A stretch of DNA of 63,675 nucleotides, taken from positions 70,618,001 through 70,681,675 of the forward strand of contig CM060731.1 of assembly GCA_030704615.1 (NCBI GenBank). The letters are read 5' to 3'. The notes below the pieces were generated by a model. It saw only the letters and a list, made by a program, of their open reading frames with translations. It was not told where the DNA came from and searched no databases. Shown in pieces: positions 1 to 12,737 of this stretch. The position numbers and the translations under genes are program-made. How positions within the stretch are numbered: position 1 is the first letter of the stretch; every line of letters begins with the position of its first letter. This DNA comes from Takakia lepidozioides (lineage: Eukaryota; Plantae; Bryophyta).

Positions 1-430
1 AGGTTTATGCCAGGTTTTGCAAATAAAACCTCACTATGCTCCATTCCACACCAAATCTAGGCCTGAAAGAGGTCTGTCATTGCCTTATCAGGCTGCCATC
101 TTTAAAAACAAGGCCTCCTCTTCCTTAGAACCAAACAACCATTGATGCCTTACCCATAAACCATAACTCTTCTTTAAGGCCAAAACAGTACCTAGCTTAA
201 TAATCCATAGGCAATGCTGTCAAAGATTCAAGACAAAGTAAGGTCCAGATGCTGGGCTTCAAGAGACAAGTCTGTTAGGCCGAAAGTAAGCATTAGCATG
301 CCAAACCAGGAGCAAGCGGGCCGAAATTGGGGCTGCAGGCAGCAGCCAAGTAAAGATGCCATACACACTAGGTTCCCGTTGCCCACATCCTTATCTGCAA
401 GCTCAAGAGAATTCAAAGCAATTAGGGATC
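1..430 (-). mobile_element. Possible degenerate LINE ORF1 (DUF4283-like) remnant
   Basis: Minus-strand frames join to give ...VRHQWLFGSKEEEALF/xRWQPDKAMTDLFQAxIWCGME, resembling the W-l-f...l.rW.P...vW pattern of L1 ORF1. Frameshifts and stops present; weak. Confidence 0.3.
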
Positions 431-950
431 CTCACCTGGTCCCATCACAAGCCCCCACAAAAACCAACAGCTTATGAGGATTGTGGAACCCCAGGTGAAT
501 CACAGACCCCTACACTTGTCATCGATGTCAATTAAGAACCTCAAAAGCAAGAGAGAAAGACATAAAGCAAAAGGAACCCTAATCACCAAAAGCACCTTGA
601 GCGATTGGGGAAGATAAATGTGCGCCATCGTCACCAGCAAGCCACCTCTAGCACAACTAAGGAGAAGTGAAGCATACAAGCATCCTTGCTATGTTTAAGA
701 AGGGAAAGAGAGATACTTCCCAACACAAGCGCCGCTGCGAAAAATAAAAGCCAGAGGAGGGAAAGAGACAATGCATTCATAGCATTGTCTCCCGCCTGTG
801 AGAAGAGACAAAACGCCGCCATTGCGCATCCCCAGGAGCTCGTCCAACATGGGTACAGCAAACATGGTAGCAGCAAAACGCAGACGCCATAACTCTCATC
901 CCGCGAGCTCATAAGCACGAGGAGTGCTTCTGACGGCAGGAGAGACACCC

Positions 951-1500
951 TAGGGCTCATGCCCGATTTTTCATCCGTGCAAGATGAGTAATCAACACCA
1001 CATTTTTCGAAACCCGACGGATGTCATCCGTTAGCTAGGTTTAAACAGTAGGTTATAGGGTAGGGGTTAGGGTTTCACTCCTTAATTAGCCATAATTAAG
1101 GGTAATTAATCATCAGTCCAGGGCCATCATAGGCTGCATATTTCATCCGGTTTAGATGAAAAAGTCAATAAGTTCATCCGTTGGAGAAGGTTTGTCAGTA
1201 GGATGAAAAAATAGTACATAACATCCAAGGCAACGGTTTCATATCCTAACAGGTTATTCAACATCCCCAAAAAATGCCTCATCCAATATGGAAAAAAACC
1301 ATGAAAGAGGAATAAATGAATTAATATCTTGGTATTTTTCATCCGGTATGGATGGAAAAAATTATATATAGGATGCCAGTGTCAACCCAGGTAATTCATC
1401 CGGTATGGATAAAAAATCGTTATAGGGCGGGTGAAAGCAATGTTTAGAGTCCATCCGGTATAGATGGAAAAATAGGAAAAAAACACTGATAAAACCGGCC
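951..1500. repeat. DNA-transposon-like terminus (TAGGG start) with clustered TCATCCG/GGATGA subterminal motifs
   Basis: At least 7 copies of (T)CATCCG (about 971, 1024, 1143, 1174, 1339, 1396, 1452), several in the quasi-palindrome CATCCGGTATGGATG, beginning just after TAGGGCTCATG at 951. No partner end found. Confidence 0.45.
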
Positions 1501-1777
1501 AATTCCAAGGAGGGAGGGAGGGAGAGAGAGGGAGAGAGAGGGAAACCAAAAAAAAAAAAAATGGGGGAGGGGAGTGACTGAGCCCGTGGTGCTCAGTCAC
1601 CCACCCCCCCCCCCCCCCCCCTCCTTCTTCTTTTCTCTTTGTTGCCCCCTCTCGAGACCCCGAGCACTTGCTGCTCTCAGCCCCCAACATGTTTGGTTTT
1701 TTTTGTTTTTGATCTGGAATGTAGAGGTTGTTTCCTAATGAGGCCAACTTGTGGGTTTGCATGACAGGTGCCAACTT

Positions 1778-3662
1778 ATGGGGAAAGAGAAGAAGTCCCC
1801 TGCCCCAAAGAAAGGGGCGGACAATCCGTTTGCTCAGCCGGTACGTGTGGCGCGCCAGGGCGTCTCACGGTTAACCAGCCCCATCGACAGCCGCAGCCGG
1901 AGGGCTCGTCTGCCCCCCGAGGCCAGTAACCCCCCTCTTGTCCACATCTTGGATGTGCTGGGGGCCGGCTCAGCTAGCTCTCCTATTCGGGAGGTATGGG
2001 CCGGTTTGGAGCGGCCTAGCCAATCAGCGATGCCGCCCCCTGAGCCTGAGCGGTCAGCAAAGAAGGGCCTGAACTATGGGGCGCCGCCGCCGGCTATGCT
2101 CCACATCTGGAATCTACTTCTAGTGGTGCTCCGAGAGGGGAGGGATAGCACGGGCACATCCGGCAACGGGGACTCTTGCCACATCGGGTGATACCGGGGG
2201 CGAGTCGGACAAGCTTGCAAAGGTACAACTGTCGCACCTTGTTCAATGTTTTATCCTTTCCTTTGCATGCATGATTTTCTTTGTTGTTTGTTTCTTTTTT
2301 GAATTGGAGGGGTTATTTGTCTTCAGGAGGCAACAACATGGCTGGCCTCATTGGTGTAGTCCGGTGGGGTTGCCAATGAGGGAGAGCACGTGGTGTTCAT
2401 GAAGGACCCGAACACCAAAGGTAAGAAGAAGAGGCCTCGACCTCCCGAGATCCCTTTTACCATCAATGAAGGGGCTGCCGAGGAGAGAGAGAGAAGGGAG
2501 AGGGAGAAGGAGAGAGAGGAAGTAGCGGGGAAGGGGAAGGAAAAGAATAAGAAGAAGAAGTCCCATGGAGAGGAAGGGGTGAGTGTGCATGTGGGGGAGG
2601 GCAGTGGGGTAACAAAGGAGCAGGGGAAGGAGGCTACAAATAAGGGAGAGGGTGGGAAGAAGAACATGGCCTTGGCGATATAGGACGTGGAGTTGGAGTT
2701 GGAGTTGGCAAAGATCGTTGTGCCACCGGTGGAGGTGAATCGCCATGGTGACCCCTGCGGTGCGTTCTGGGAGGCTATGAAGAAGCCAACCTTCGAACTC
2801 GCAATGAGGTGGTTCCCTTTGCACATTGAGTGGGCTGATCAGCACTTTGGCGTGAAGCGGGCGTATGCCCGTGAGTTAGACCGCCGGTTTCCGGGCAATT
2901 GGAGTGACACAAAGGTGATGGAGATGGTGGGGCAAAACTTGAAGGACATGAGGTACCATGCCAGACAGATCATTCGGAGGGCAATGGAAAAGGGGGGCCA
3001 TACCCAAACCACCTTATGGAATTACACAGGTTGGCAAATCCTGAATCATTTCACCTTCCATTTGTCGCATGTGCATTAATGAGATAGATTTGATACAATG
3101 TATGTGTGTAATTCACTAATTGTTGGGGGGGATGCATAGGTATCGTGGGATGCACTCATTGCGGGAGAGAATAATGTCGCAAACAAGACCAAATTTGACC
3201 GGGCATGCGAAGCAACAATAGTCCGCCTTGACAAACACGAATCCACACACAAGTGGGGCGCCGACGGATCCAAGGGTTTTATCTTGCGATTTGTAAGTCG
3301 TACTTCCCTATGGATTTTGTTATGTCTTCTTTCTGGCTCCATCATCGCGAAGAACTGACTTTAATTTGTGGCATGTGTAGCAAAATGCGTTTGAGAGGAA
3401 GCCATCTCCGGTAGAGTACAACTACGCCAATGAGCATGGTTGGCAATCCCTCATGAAAAACATGGCCAAAACGGAGGGGATGACTGCACTACAGTGCACT
3501 AGTATGGATGAGGTCGGGGGTCATGGCCAGGGATTGGATGAGAGCTCTGTGGGACTTAGGGGAACGCCGCCTCATTTAGGTGCTCTGGCAAAGGGCGCGG
3601 AGTCATCAAGCGCATCGGATAGCTCTGAGTCCTCCACTGAGGATGAGGATGAGGATGACTAG
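1778..3662 (+). pseudogene. CACTA/EnSpm accessory (TnpA/PTTA-like) gene remnant, about 4 exons
   Basis: GT-AG exons at about 1778-2222, 2327-3029, 3141-3292 and 3381-3662. The protein has a K/E-rich N-half, then VEVNRHGDPCGAFW...W.....ELDRRF...LKDMRYHAR and HKWGADGSKGF, and an acidic tail. In-frame TAG at 2681. Lies directly inside the CACTA end. Confidence 0.5.
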
Positions 3663-3744
3663 TCCTAGTCCATGTAGGTCCTAGGGTCAGCCTACTGAAC
3701 CCTTGTGAGCTTTTCAGCTCATTTCCTGTAAATATATTTCCATT

Positions 3745-4423
3745 TTTCCATCGGCGGGGGTCGCAAGCCGCGACGGTCGGGCGTCGCAAATCCCATTTGC
3801 GGGTGGCAACGCCCGACACCCCCTGCGACGTGTTTTTTTGGTCCGGGGGTCGCAAGCCGCGACGCCCTGGCGTCGCGGAGCCCGCCACCCTGCCTGCGCC
3901 ACGTCTTTTATTTATTTTGATTAAATATAAAAAAAAAGCGACGCCAGAGCGTCGCGAACGCGTGGCGGAGCCCGACTCCTGCTCCTGCTGTTTTTTTTTT
4001 GCCACGCCCAATAGTCATTTGCAACGACGCACTGGCGTACCACCCGGCTTACGCCACATGTTTTTGGGTTTTAGGATGGGACTCCCGGGCAAGTTAGAAA
4101 AAAAAGAGGATGCGACGCTGCGCCATCACCCCCACCAACGCTGTCGGCTGGAGGGCAGCGACGGCGAGACGTCGCTCGAAGGAGGCCCCTGCCATCGGCG
4201 CGGATGGCCCGAAAAGCGACGTCCGACAGTCGTGGGAGTTGGGGCGGGGGCTAGCGACCCCCATACGTCACATTTTTGCGGTGTTTCTGTGGCAACGCCC
4301 ATATGATTGCCGGGCGACGGCCGGGCGTCGCATATTCGGCGCTTGCCCCGTGCCCGAAATGTGCGTTTTCCCGACGCTGCGGCGTGGCCCGGGCGTCGCA
4401 AAGGCCCCCCTTTTCCTGTAGTG
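3745..4423. mobile_element. CACTA (EnSpm) transposon right end with subterminal repeats
   Basis: TTTTCCTGTAGTG at 4411-4423 is the reverse complement of CACTACAGGAAAA. It is preceded by about 650 bp of dense GCGACGCC/GGCGTCGC/GTCGCAA repeats in both orientations. Left TIR not found in the window. Confidence 0.8.
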
Positions 4424-4714
4424 CACCCCTTCATCCATGGCTCCCCTATTGACCACTCAATGTTAGTTATTCTAAGCTTCCACTCACGTCAATACCAAGG
4501 AGAACTTCACGGAACTTCTCATCTGACGCAGCCACATCCCCTCTTGTATTGGAAGGTCTCATTTGTATGTCATCTTCATCCCCACACATTCATCTGCCTG
4601 TTGCATCACATAAACCCCAAAACCAACATAAGCAGTAAGAAACAATAATTGAGGCTGCACATTCATGACAAATAACAACATGAAAATACCACATCAACAA
4701 ACTCTAAACGTCAC

Positions 4715-4970
4715 GGAGAGAATGTACTCAGAAGACGTTGTTTGCCATAGCATTGTGGCCCCAACACGAGGTTTCCAGATTTACTCTAGAAATCCCTTCA
4801 CACAAACATCAAGCTGCTATGTGCGAGCTATGGAGCAATTATATCCCATCGGGGCCAGCCAGGGCTTTAGGCTCAGCCTCAAAATTTTGGAAGTTGGTGA
4901 ATAGGGCTGCAGGGACTATGTTCTTCATGGTCCTGCTCTATGAGGAGAAAACCCTGAACATTGTATGAGC
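4715..4970 (-). mobile_element. LINE 3'-end fragment, copy A of a family with three copies in the window
   Basis: Reverse complement matches 43555-43900 and 58590-59090 (shared GAGGCTGAGCC.AAAGCC, TGTGT.AAGGG.TTTCTAGAG, GGCCACAA...GCAAAC..CGTCTT). Encodes LIQCSGFSPHR. Confidence 0.7.
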
Positions 4971-5821
4971 CCTCCAACCACTGCCATGTGTTCCATTGGC
5001 ACAAGCTAGATTGCTATAGGAATGCTAACTATTATGTCTTTAGTACAGTCAATGCCAAATCATAAATCAACATCCAATCTCCTAACCTCCTTTAACCCGA
5101 TGGGCAAAAAGCCCCCCCTTGCCTAATACAAAGTGTGCATTTTTGACACCCTAAAGTTAGATCATTCGTCAGCGAGTCTCTTAAAAAGAGCCAACCCTCC
5201 CGATGGGAACCGGTCGTAGTTATAGGCCATACAAGAACTCGGTCCAAGAATATGAGAGTCACAGACGTATTGAGTAACCAACAAGCACCTGCTACAGCCT
5301 GCTCACAGACTTTTCAGTATATGCATCATCAGCTGGACAACCCTATGTGGAGTTTACATTCACTTCAACTTCCTATTCAAATTGCCAGATCAAAGGAACA
5401 ACAACAAACATTCAATTGTTTTAAGAGAGTATGTTGTACCTGCGCATTCCATTTTGAGCTTCCAGTTTGCCATTTTCCCCATTGGATCCCTCCTCAATTA
5501 TCACGGTAACATCCTCATGTAGAATATCAGCTAGCTTGCTCCGCACCTTTCCACTCAGCCCTATGTGAAGAAAACCGGAATGCTGGAACCATAGTCATGG
5601 GAGACAGACAAACGAGTACCTTTAGAGAAGCCCAAAACCAACGTCTTGTTTGGTAGGCCAGCGAACTCCAACTCAACATACACGTACTTTAGGTGTACGG
5701 TAGTACAGGAGAAATATGCATTACCGTCCCTGGACAACCGTTTGGGCATTTTTGCGTATATATATATATATATCCTTCCAGAAAGGTCTGAGAGGGACCT
5801 TTAATTTATTAACTGAGGTAA

Positions 5822-7010
5822 TCATCTCACACTACGAGGTGCAGGCTCAGGTTCATATGAAAGCTGCGCCTTCGACTTCCCCTTCCTGAAACTCCGACGA
5901 TGACGGTAATTGGTGTCTGATTCCTCTTCCTCCACTGGCGAGAGACGAGTATTAATCGAACTCCCAGCCTTTCGGGATGGTGTCATTCCACCAGATGGTG
6001 GTACCAGCACCTCTTGCACACAATCGACCACCTTTTGCCCAAGTGCTATCAAAGCCAGAGAGTAGCTATTCTCTTCTCCCCTCGGAACATCTGGGAAGAG
6101 CCGCACAAATGACAGACTGGCAAGCTTTCCTTGCCTCAGACATAACGTCTGAGTGAATGTACTCTAAACAAGATAACTTTCAAGCAGCCTCTCTTCCCCT
6201 CATAGACCATCGAGCACCTAGATCCCCAAATGTTCCATAGTGTGTATGCCCTAAGAGCAGCCCACACCGGACAAGAGGTACAAAGCCCATTTGAATTAGC
6301 ATTCAGGAGGAGCACTGCGGGGAGAAAGGGCAAAGAATGGTCCCAGAAGGCATAAACGGAAATGACTTTGCTCCAAGCCATGGCCGGGGTCGGGCAAAGC
6401 AGCAGACATTGCTCAATCGTCTTTGGTATGGGGCAGGTGCAAGAGCCGAGCATCCATGGCATGCTTTGTCGATTTCAGCGATGAACTCTGAGACAGGCAG
6501 GATACGATTAGCAATCTTCTAGAGAAACCTTGGGATTTTCGCGGCCCTATCTTTCCTCCAGATATCAGACCAGATAGCCTTCCAGGGTAGGTCCAGGCTG
6601 GTCACTTGATTCCATTTGGCATTCCATTTAGCCTGCATGAAAATCCTTTGGTTAAGCAGAGAGTAACCTTTTTTAATAGTGAAACCAAAAAACGGGTCTT
6701 GCTTTTTGGACATCCAAGCCCATTCGCCTAGATCGAATTGCAGTGACCTCAAGGGAGCTTTGAGGAACCATCTAAATGAGCCAGAGTAATGAGCTATCAC
6801 CACAAGAGGTTCAGGGCTCACCATTCCAGTGAGTCGACAGAAGACTCTAATGGCGAATAAGGGAGCTTCCAACATGGAAGTCCAGACATGGTTGTAGAGA
6901 TTACCAACGTTATCCGCACTGAACCTCCATCCAAAGAGAGAGGGGCCAGAGCGATAAGTTGCAAAAAACGCCTGTGGGTTAGTGCTTGCATTGCTCCCGA
7001 GCCAGCAGGG
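5822..7010 (-). mobile_element. L1-type non-LTR retrotransposon 3' fragment (zf-RVT region), degenerate
   Basis: KGYSLL...PWKAIWSDIWRKDRAAKIPRFL*KIANRILPV...CHGC...TIEQCLLLCP...AW...YTLWNIWGSRC is the zf-RVT/C-terminal signature. Stops and frameshifts present. Confidence 0.75.
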
Positions 7011-7016
7011 AATAGA

Positions 7017-7945
7017 TGGGCCTCGACATAGGAGACGCACAAGGATACATAGGAATTGCACTTGGTCTTAGATTTCAATTCTTCACACATGAGCCAACGG
7101 CACAGACGTCGCATTTGGGCCTCGACATAGGAGACTCATTTGAATACATAAGAGATTGCACTTGGGATTAGATGATACTGGACACTTGGGCCAATGGCAC
7201 AGACTACCCTAGAGGTTGGATTTGGGCCTCGACATAGGAGACGCACTTGGATACACAGGAGATTGCACTTGGGCTTAGATGACACTGGACACTTGGGCCA
7301 ACGGCACAGGCTACCATAGAGGTCGCACAACTTGGGCCTCGACACTGGACACATGGGAGATAGATCAATAATGATTAAATATATGACTACTCAATAGATT
7401 CACGGAAAAAAATAAACTGGTTTTTCAAATATATGATTGCATGTACAAACTTCTAACTCTTTCACCAAATTCCTATCTCTGAATTACATTAGTTTGTCGC
7501 TCATTTTGTTCATGTTTACAATATTCTTTAAACATTAGTTCATTCATGTTCCACACATTCTTTGTAACTAAACAAACATCCAACTTCATTTTAGTATATC
7601 GATTTCAATTCTTGACACATGGGCCTCGACATAGGAGATGCACTTGGATACATAGGGGATTGCACTTGGACTTAGATGACACTAGACACTTGGGCCAACG
7701 ACAAAGGCTACCCTAATAGGTATTAATATAAACTTCTAACTCTTTCACCAAGTTCCAACCTCTCTGAATCACATTACATTGTTGCTCATTTTGTTCATGT
7801 TTACAATATCTTCAAACATTAGTTCATTCATGTACCACACATTCTTTGTAACTAAACAAACATCCAACTTCATTTTCGTATATCCACACATGGGCTGCGA
7901 CATATGAGACACACTTGGGTACATAGGGAATTGCACTGGACCCAG
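7017..7945. repeat. Composite tandem repeat: about 100-110-bp unit (TGGGCCTCGACATAGGAGA...) in about 6 full or partial copies, interleaved with a duplicated about 155-bp AT-rich unit
   Basis: TGGGCCTCGACA or a variant recurs at about 7017, 7116, 7223, 7333, 7620 and 7891. Segment 7447-7600 is repeated at 7730-7885. Confidence 0.85.
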
Positions 7946-8652
7946 GGGAGTTCACTCATTGTAAAACTTTGTTACCATCTGCGAACAAAGGGTATGTAGT
8001 TGGGGGGTATTATTTGGTTTTTTTTTTTTTTTTTTTGGTACCCTTGTGCATGACATAATTTTGTAATACGGGTCGTTTGTAGACACACTATTTTGAATTA
8101 TATCAAAAATACTAGATTCTTTTATTAGCACCCAAATTTACTTTAAAGTATTATATAAAGATCTCCATGTCAGTGTTCCACCAAAGCCCACTTTGCTATT
8201 TTTGCAATCTCCCCTGTCGAGGCTTCATATATTCTACTTTGTTATTTTTTGTGAATATTCAGCGACCAAAAGTACTTGAAATTCCAAATCTCCCACATGA
8301 AGGGCCAATCATTGCTCCAGGAAAGCCCACTTTGCTATTTTTCCCCAATTTTCAGAGACCAAAAGTACTTGAATTTCCATATCTCCCACACCCCGGGTCC
8401 AAAAATCATGAGACCAAGCTGGTGCACCCCTCCTCATCGAAGGCTTTCCAACAGCACCAAGCACCAGCATTGGGCCCCGCGGTTTGGGAGATCTAACGAC
8501 GCTACAAACAAACAACGTCTCGCTTCATATATTGATGCGCACATACTACATCGGAAGTGGCTGGGGGTTCAATTTACCGATTGGTGTCACAAGGTGTCCA
8601 CCTTCCTGGCGGAAGGCAGTAACCCTTGGGGGTCAAGAGACACCATAATTTA

Positions 8653-8682
8653 TGCTTCCTTTGGGAGGCGTCATATATCTAT
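8653..8682 (+). other. Possible Helitron-like 3' hairpin and terminus
   Basis: TGCTTCC-TTTG-GGAGGCG stem-loop (perfect if two C>T changes are reversed), followed 8 nt later by CTAT where CTRR is expected. Confidence 0.3.
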
Positions 8683-8719
8683 AAATATTAATGTGCAAAT
8701 GTCACCTCCCTAAAATAAA

Positions 8720-10024
8720 ATAAAAGCTTCCTCATTAACCCTGATACACTGACCTTAATCCTTGTCTCTCAGTCCCCATCCCTCTTTCCCCGATTCGTTC
8801 ACACCCTAGTTAGGATATGCAACTGGTCCTCCAAGTTCAAGTAATTCGATCCACAACCACCCCTCACCATCCCTATCTTATCTTGGGTAGACCTCTCTCT
8901 GACCTACAGCTCAACCCCAAGGAATGGGAATGGGCCTTTGGTCGCTCCCCATCCCCGCTTCTCATCTACACCCCCAAAAAAACATACAGGGCACTTAACA
9001 ATCCGTCTGCCCTCTCCTCCAAGTGGGAAGGCACATGGAGCCACTTCGGATTCTCCAACAAAAACTGGTCAGTAATTTGGTCATCTATCTGGCTGAAAAC
9101 TAGACCCGCCAAGATCTCAGCATTTCTCTGGCAAGTAGCGAACAAAGCCCTAAAAGTAGGCGAGTGGTTGCAATTTCACGAAGCCCTGTTGTGCTCATGC
9201 TGCTCCTTGGGCATCATAGAAATCCACGAACACTGCCTTTTAACTTGTACCGCACCAGCGAAGATATGGCCCATGGTCAAGGTCTTCTACAGGCACTCTG
9301 GAGTCTTTTTGCCATCGGCCCTTTAGACCTACTACCCAACTACAAGAAGAACGTAAGGGCGTGATCCTTTCCATGTCCAATTTTTGAAACTCTCCGAGCT
9401 TCCACCCTATGGCACTTGTGGCATGCTAGATGTAGAAAGACCTTCAGTAATGAAATGATAAGTACCTCGGCTTTGCTGGCAATGATGTATAAAGATCTTA
9501 TTACGGAATCAAAAAAAGCATGGGCAAAATGTGTTGCAGATTGTCACAAGGGCCCCAGGTAGGCGCCCGCAATCCATGCCACCTTCAGATCGACGTGGGC
9601 CTGCCATGGCATCATTTGTCAAAGCGACGAGCAAGAACACTGTGTTTGGAACGCTCTCCCCCCTCAACGCTGGAGAGACCTCAGAGCTCCACTCCACGAC
9701 CTCGCCGGAATTTGAGAGAGACGTAAATTGGAAACATGTTAAGCACCCCGCCACCACTTCCAAGCTTAACTTTCGCTAAAAACCCTGCAGTTCTAGATTA
9801 GCTCCTCGGTAATCTCAGCTGCATGGTGCGCTGATTGGAGGTCTCTCAGGATAAGGCTAGGCTAATTTTTGAGTTCTCTCTCTAAGTACGAGGCTGCACA
9901 GCTTGGTGTAGGATAAGGTTCACTCATCACTGACTACGGTGTGTAACCCTCATGGTGTATCATGGGTTTTATTTTTTTCCCCACAATTTTTGGAATAAAT
10001 GATCTATATTGAAAAAAGAAAAAA
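8720..10024 (+). mobile_element. 5'-truncated L1-type LINE (zf-RVT, 3' UTR, A-rich tail)
   Basis: ORF 8817-9326 has WSVIWSSIWLKTRPAKISAFLWQVANKALKVGEWL...CSCC...EIHEHCLLTC..AKIW, with downstream TLWHLWHARC. AATAAA at about 9994 and A-rich tail at 10012-10024. Confidence 0.8.
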
Positions 10025-10406
10025 CAACCCCAAAAGTGCCCAAGTGACACTTTACTTTCTTTTTCATCAACTCATATGTTGCATGCGCCTGAATTTCTTT
10101 GAGTGTTAGGTGAACTGTCCCAATGTAATGCGGCCCTTTACTTTTTATGTGGACCGGTTGTGATGACAATGGGTGGCCAACCTTCCATCCACTCTCTCTA
10201 AGGGCTAGATTAAGTACGGAATATTGTCAATGTTTAATAGCATCGCTTATGTACGGTAGCGGTCATGACAAAAAATGAATTCTTTCAAGTGAATGGTGAG
10301 TTCTTTGGGTGGGTTTGAGTGGGCGGGGAGGAGATGGGTAGGCACATAGCTAAGAGGATATCTATGCATCCTTCCTTCTATGCGTCCATCCTTCACATCG
10401 CGCCGA

Positions 10407-11838
10407 CGTCAATAAAGGGTGAACCATCTTGTTTGGGGATACTCTAGGAGTAGTTTATGGAGGTGCCAGACAATCCAATAATTATTCACAAAACATAGGG
10501 TCAGATTGTTTGCCTTACCTCAAGGGAACTCCCCACATGGACTAGGTGGCTTCACCAACAGAATTGAATAGAATATACTCAGAATATTCTAGACTGAGAA
10601 TAGGACTAGGAACCTTCCTGTTGTGAGAATCTCTTGGTTTTGTCTTCTTCCTCTTCAATTTTGCAGCACTGCTGTTACCGTAGTGGGATAGCCGGTTAGG
10701 CAGAAATTAATTCGAAAAGAAAGAGCCTAATCAAGAGTTCGTAATCAAGAGTTACAAGAGTTTGTAATTTAAAAACATTATCTTCAAACAGTGCCTATTT
10801 TTCAGAAATTTCTCTAATAGGTACTGTAGTGCCTATGGTATAAAAACTTTGAATTTAAATTAAGAACAAATATAAAATAGAAAACAAATCTAGAAATGAT
10901 ATCCATTTAAAATGATATTAATTTAAAACGACATCCATGGACTCAGTTTTCAATTTTCATCCATAACAGGGGCTGCGCCCGCGTCAATAAGGGTGAACCA
11001 TCTTGTTTTGTGATACTGTAGAAGTAGTTTATGGAGGTGCTAGCCAATCTAATAATTATTATATTAATTAAATAATAATAATTATTCACAAAACATAGGG
11101 TCAGATTGTTGGCCTTATCTCAACTTCAAGCTTGGGAACTCACCCACATGGACTAGGCGGCTTCACCAGAATTGGGTAGAATATACTCGGAATGTTCTAG
11201 ACTGAGAGTAGGACTAGGAACCTTCTTGTCGTGGGAATCTTTTGGTTTTGTCTTCTTCCTCTTCAATTTTGCAGCACTGCTGTTATCTAGATTCTCGCAA
11301 AATGAAAACGTTTTCGAGGCGTCCAGTGATCAGTCTGCGGAGCACCTCAGCTTTCGATGGCGTATTCTTCATCTCCAAGGTTTGTGTGGCATAGATAATT
11401 ATTCCTTTCTCTGGTTACTCTAGTACGGTATTTCTGCAGATCGCAGAACATTCTTGTCGTGGCAATCCTTTAGTTTTGTCTTCTTCCTCTTCTGCTCGTA
11501 AGTATCTAGAATCTCGCAAAACGTGGTTTTGTCTTCTTCCTCTTCAATTTTGAAGCACTGCTGTTACCATAGTGGGATAGCTGGTTAGGCAGAAATTAAT
11601 TCGAAAAAATAGTGCCTAATTTAATAAATTATTTTTGACAAGAGTGCCTAATTTAAACACATTATCTTCAAACAGTGCCTATTTTTCAGAAATTTCTCTA
11701 ATAGGTACTGTAGTATGGTATAAAAACTTTGAATTTAAATTAAAAACAAATATAAAATAGAAATATATCTAGAAATGATATTCACTTAAAACGTCATCCA
11801 TGGACTCAGTTTTCAATTCTCATCCATGGCAGCGGCTG
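10407..11838. repeat. Tandem segmental duplication (10407-10975 and 10982-11838)
   Basis: Both units start CGTCAATAA(A)GGGTGAACCATCTTG and end CATCCAT..CAG.GGCTG. Each contains a MITE left end (TAGTGGGATAGC, at 10681 and 11570). Unit 2 has about 290 extra bp. Confidence 0.85.
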
Positions 11839-11984
11839 TATATTTATATTTTTGTGTTTTTTTTCTTTTGTTTTTTTAAAATAGAAAAAGGGGAGGGAGC
11901 GTGTTTTCGTTTTGTGATCATTACTTTTAGTTGCAAAAAACATTAAAAAAAAAACTAACTTTTTCAAAGGCATGTTAGTAGTTT

Positions 11985-12207
11985 AAAAAAAATTAAAAAT
12001 TAAAAGGGAAAACACCTGGGAGGGACAAATCAGGCCCCTTGATAGAGAGGAGAAAATAACCTCTCAGTAACCTCGCCGTAAGGCTTTCCGATGCGACGCT
12101 GCGCAGGGAAGGGGGAGAAGACCGTACCACACCAGTCAAGTAGCAGGATTTGACCCCAGGGTCATTCGGATGGCACTCAGCGCACTTTACCAACTGAGCT
12201 ACTGACT
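11985..12207 (-). mobile_element. tRNA-derived SINE-like element (tRNA-like head 12134-12207)
   Basis: Minus strand has A-box TAGCTCAGTTGG, B-box-like GGGTCAAATCC and pairing AGTC/GACT ends, then a GC-rich body of about 130 bp ending in T-runs. The cloverleaf is imperfect, so it is not called a functional tRNA. Confidence 0.55.
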
Positions 12208-12737
12208 GTTGGTGTCAGTGACTAGATGTTGGCCTGCGGAAAGTTGATAAAGGTGAGATTTCTTAGTTTAGTTTGTTGCAAGAGAGAGTAATTAGGGTGA
12301 TGATGCAATGATTGTGTGAGGTGTTGGGTGGTGCACAGTCCAACAGTGAGGCCCACATTTTTTTTTATCTTGCCCACTTTTTGAGAAACTCTTAAGATTT
12401 ACAAAATAGGACCATTGACTACATTCTACATTCCCTACCTGGGGCAACGGGCAGGGCATCTGCATAACTTCTTGACATGTGGCCTGATGGGCCTCTGGGA
12501 GGTGTTATTTGACGGCGAGGGTTCTAGTTTGATTTGCTCCTCCTTGCGGAGGATATTGCCAAAATCAGTTTGATCCTCGTTGCCTTCCCTAGGTGAACCT
12601 GTAATGTAAGATGAAAACTTATAAGTGCATAGATGATTGTTATACACTTTTATTTCTTTAAAAATAATTAAACTTAATGATTTTGTAAATTCTACCCTTG
12701 GATCTAAATTTTGTTTTGACTAAGCTCACTTTTGTCA

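Noticed and set aside
1050-1078. Telomere-like TAGGG/TTAGGG run
   Set aside because: Only three degenerate units, more like a telobox or TE-internal motif.
3714-4456. Several overlapping Arg/Pro-rich ORFs
   Set aside because: They arise from GC-rich CACTA subterminal repeats.
4963-4974. ATGAGCCCTC as partner TIR for TAGGGCTCAT at 951
   Set aside because: It overlaps LINE-derived coding sequence (LIQC), has no subterminal repeats and no TSD.
7017-7350. Repeat-spacer array
   Set aside because: The sequences between the conserved heads are homologous to each other, so this is a plain tandem repeat.
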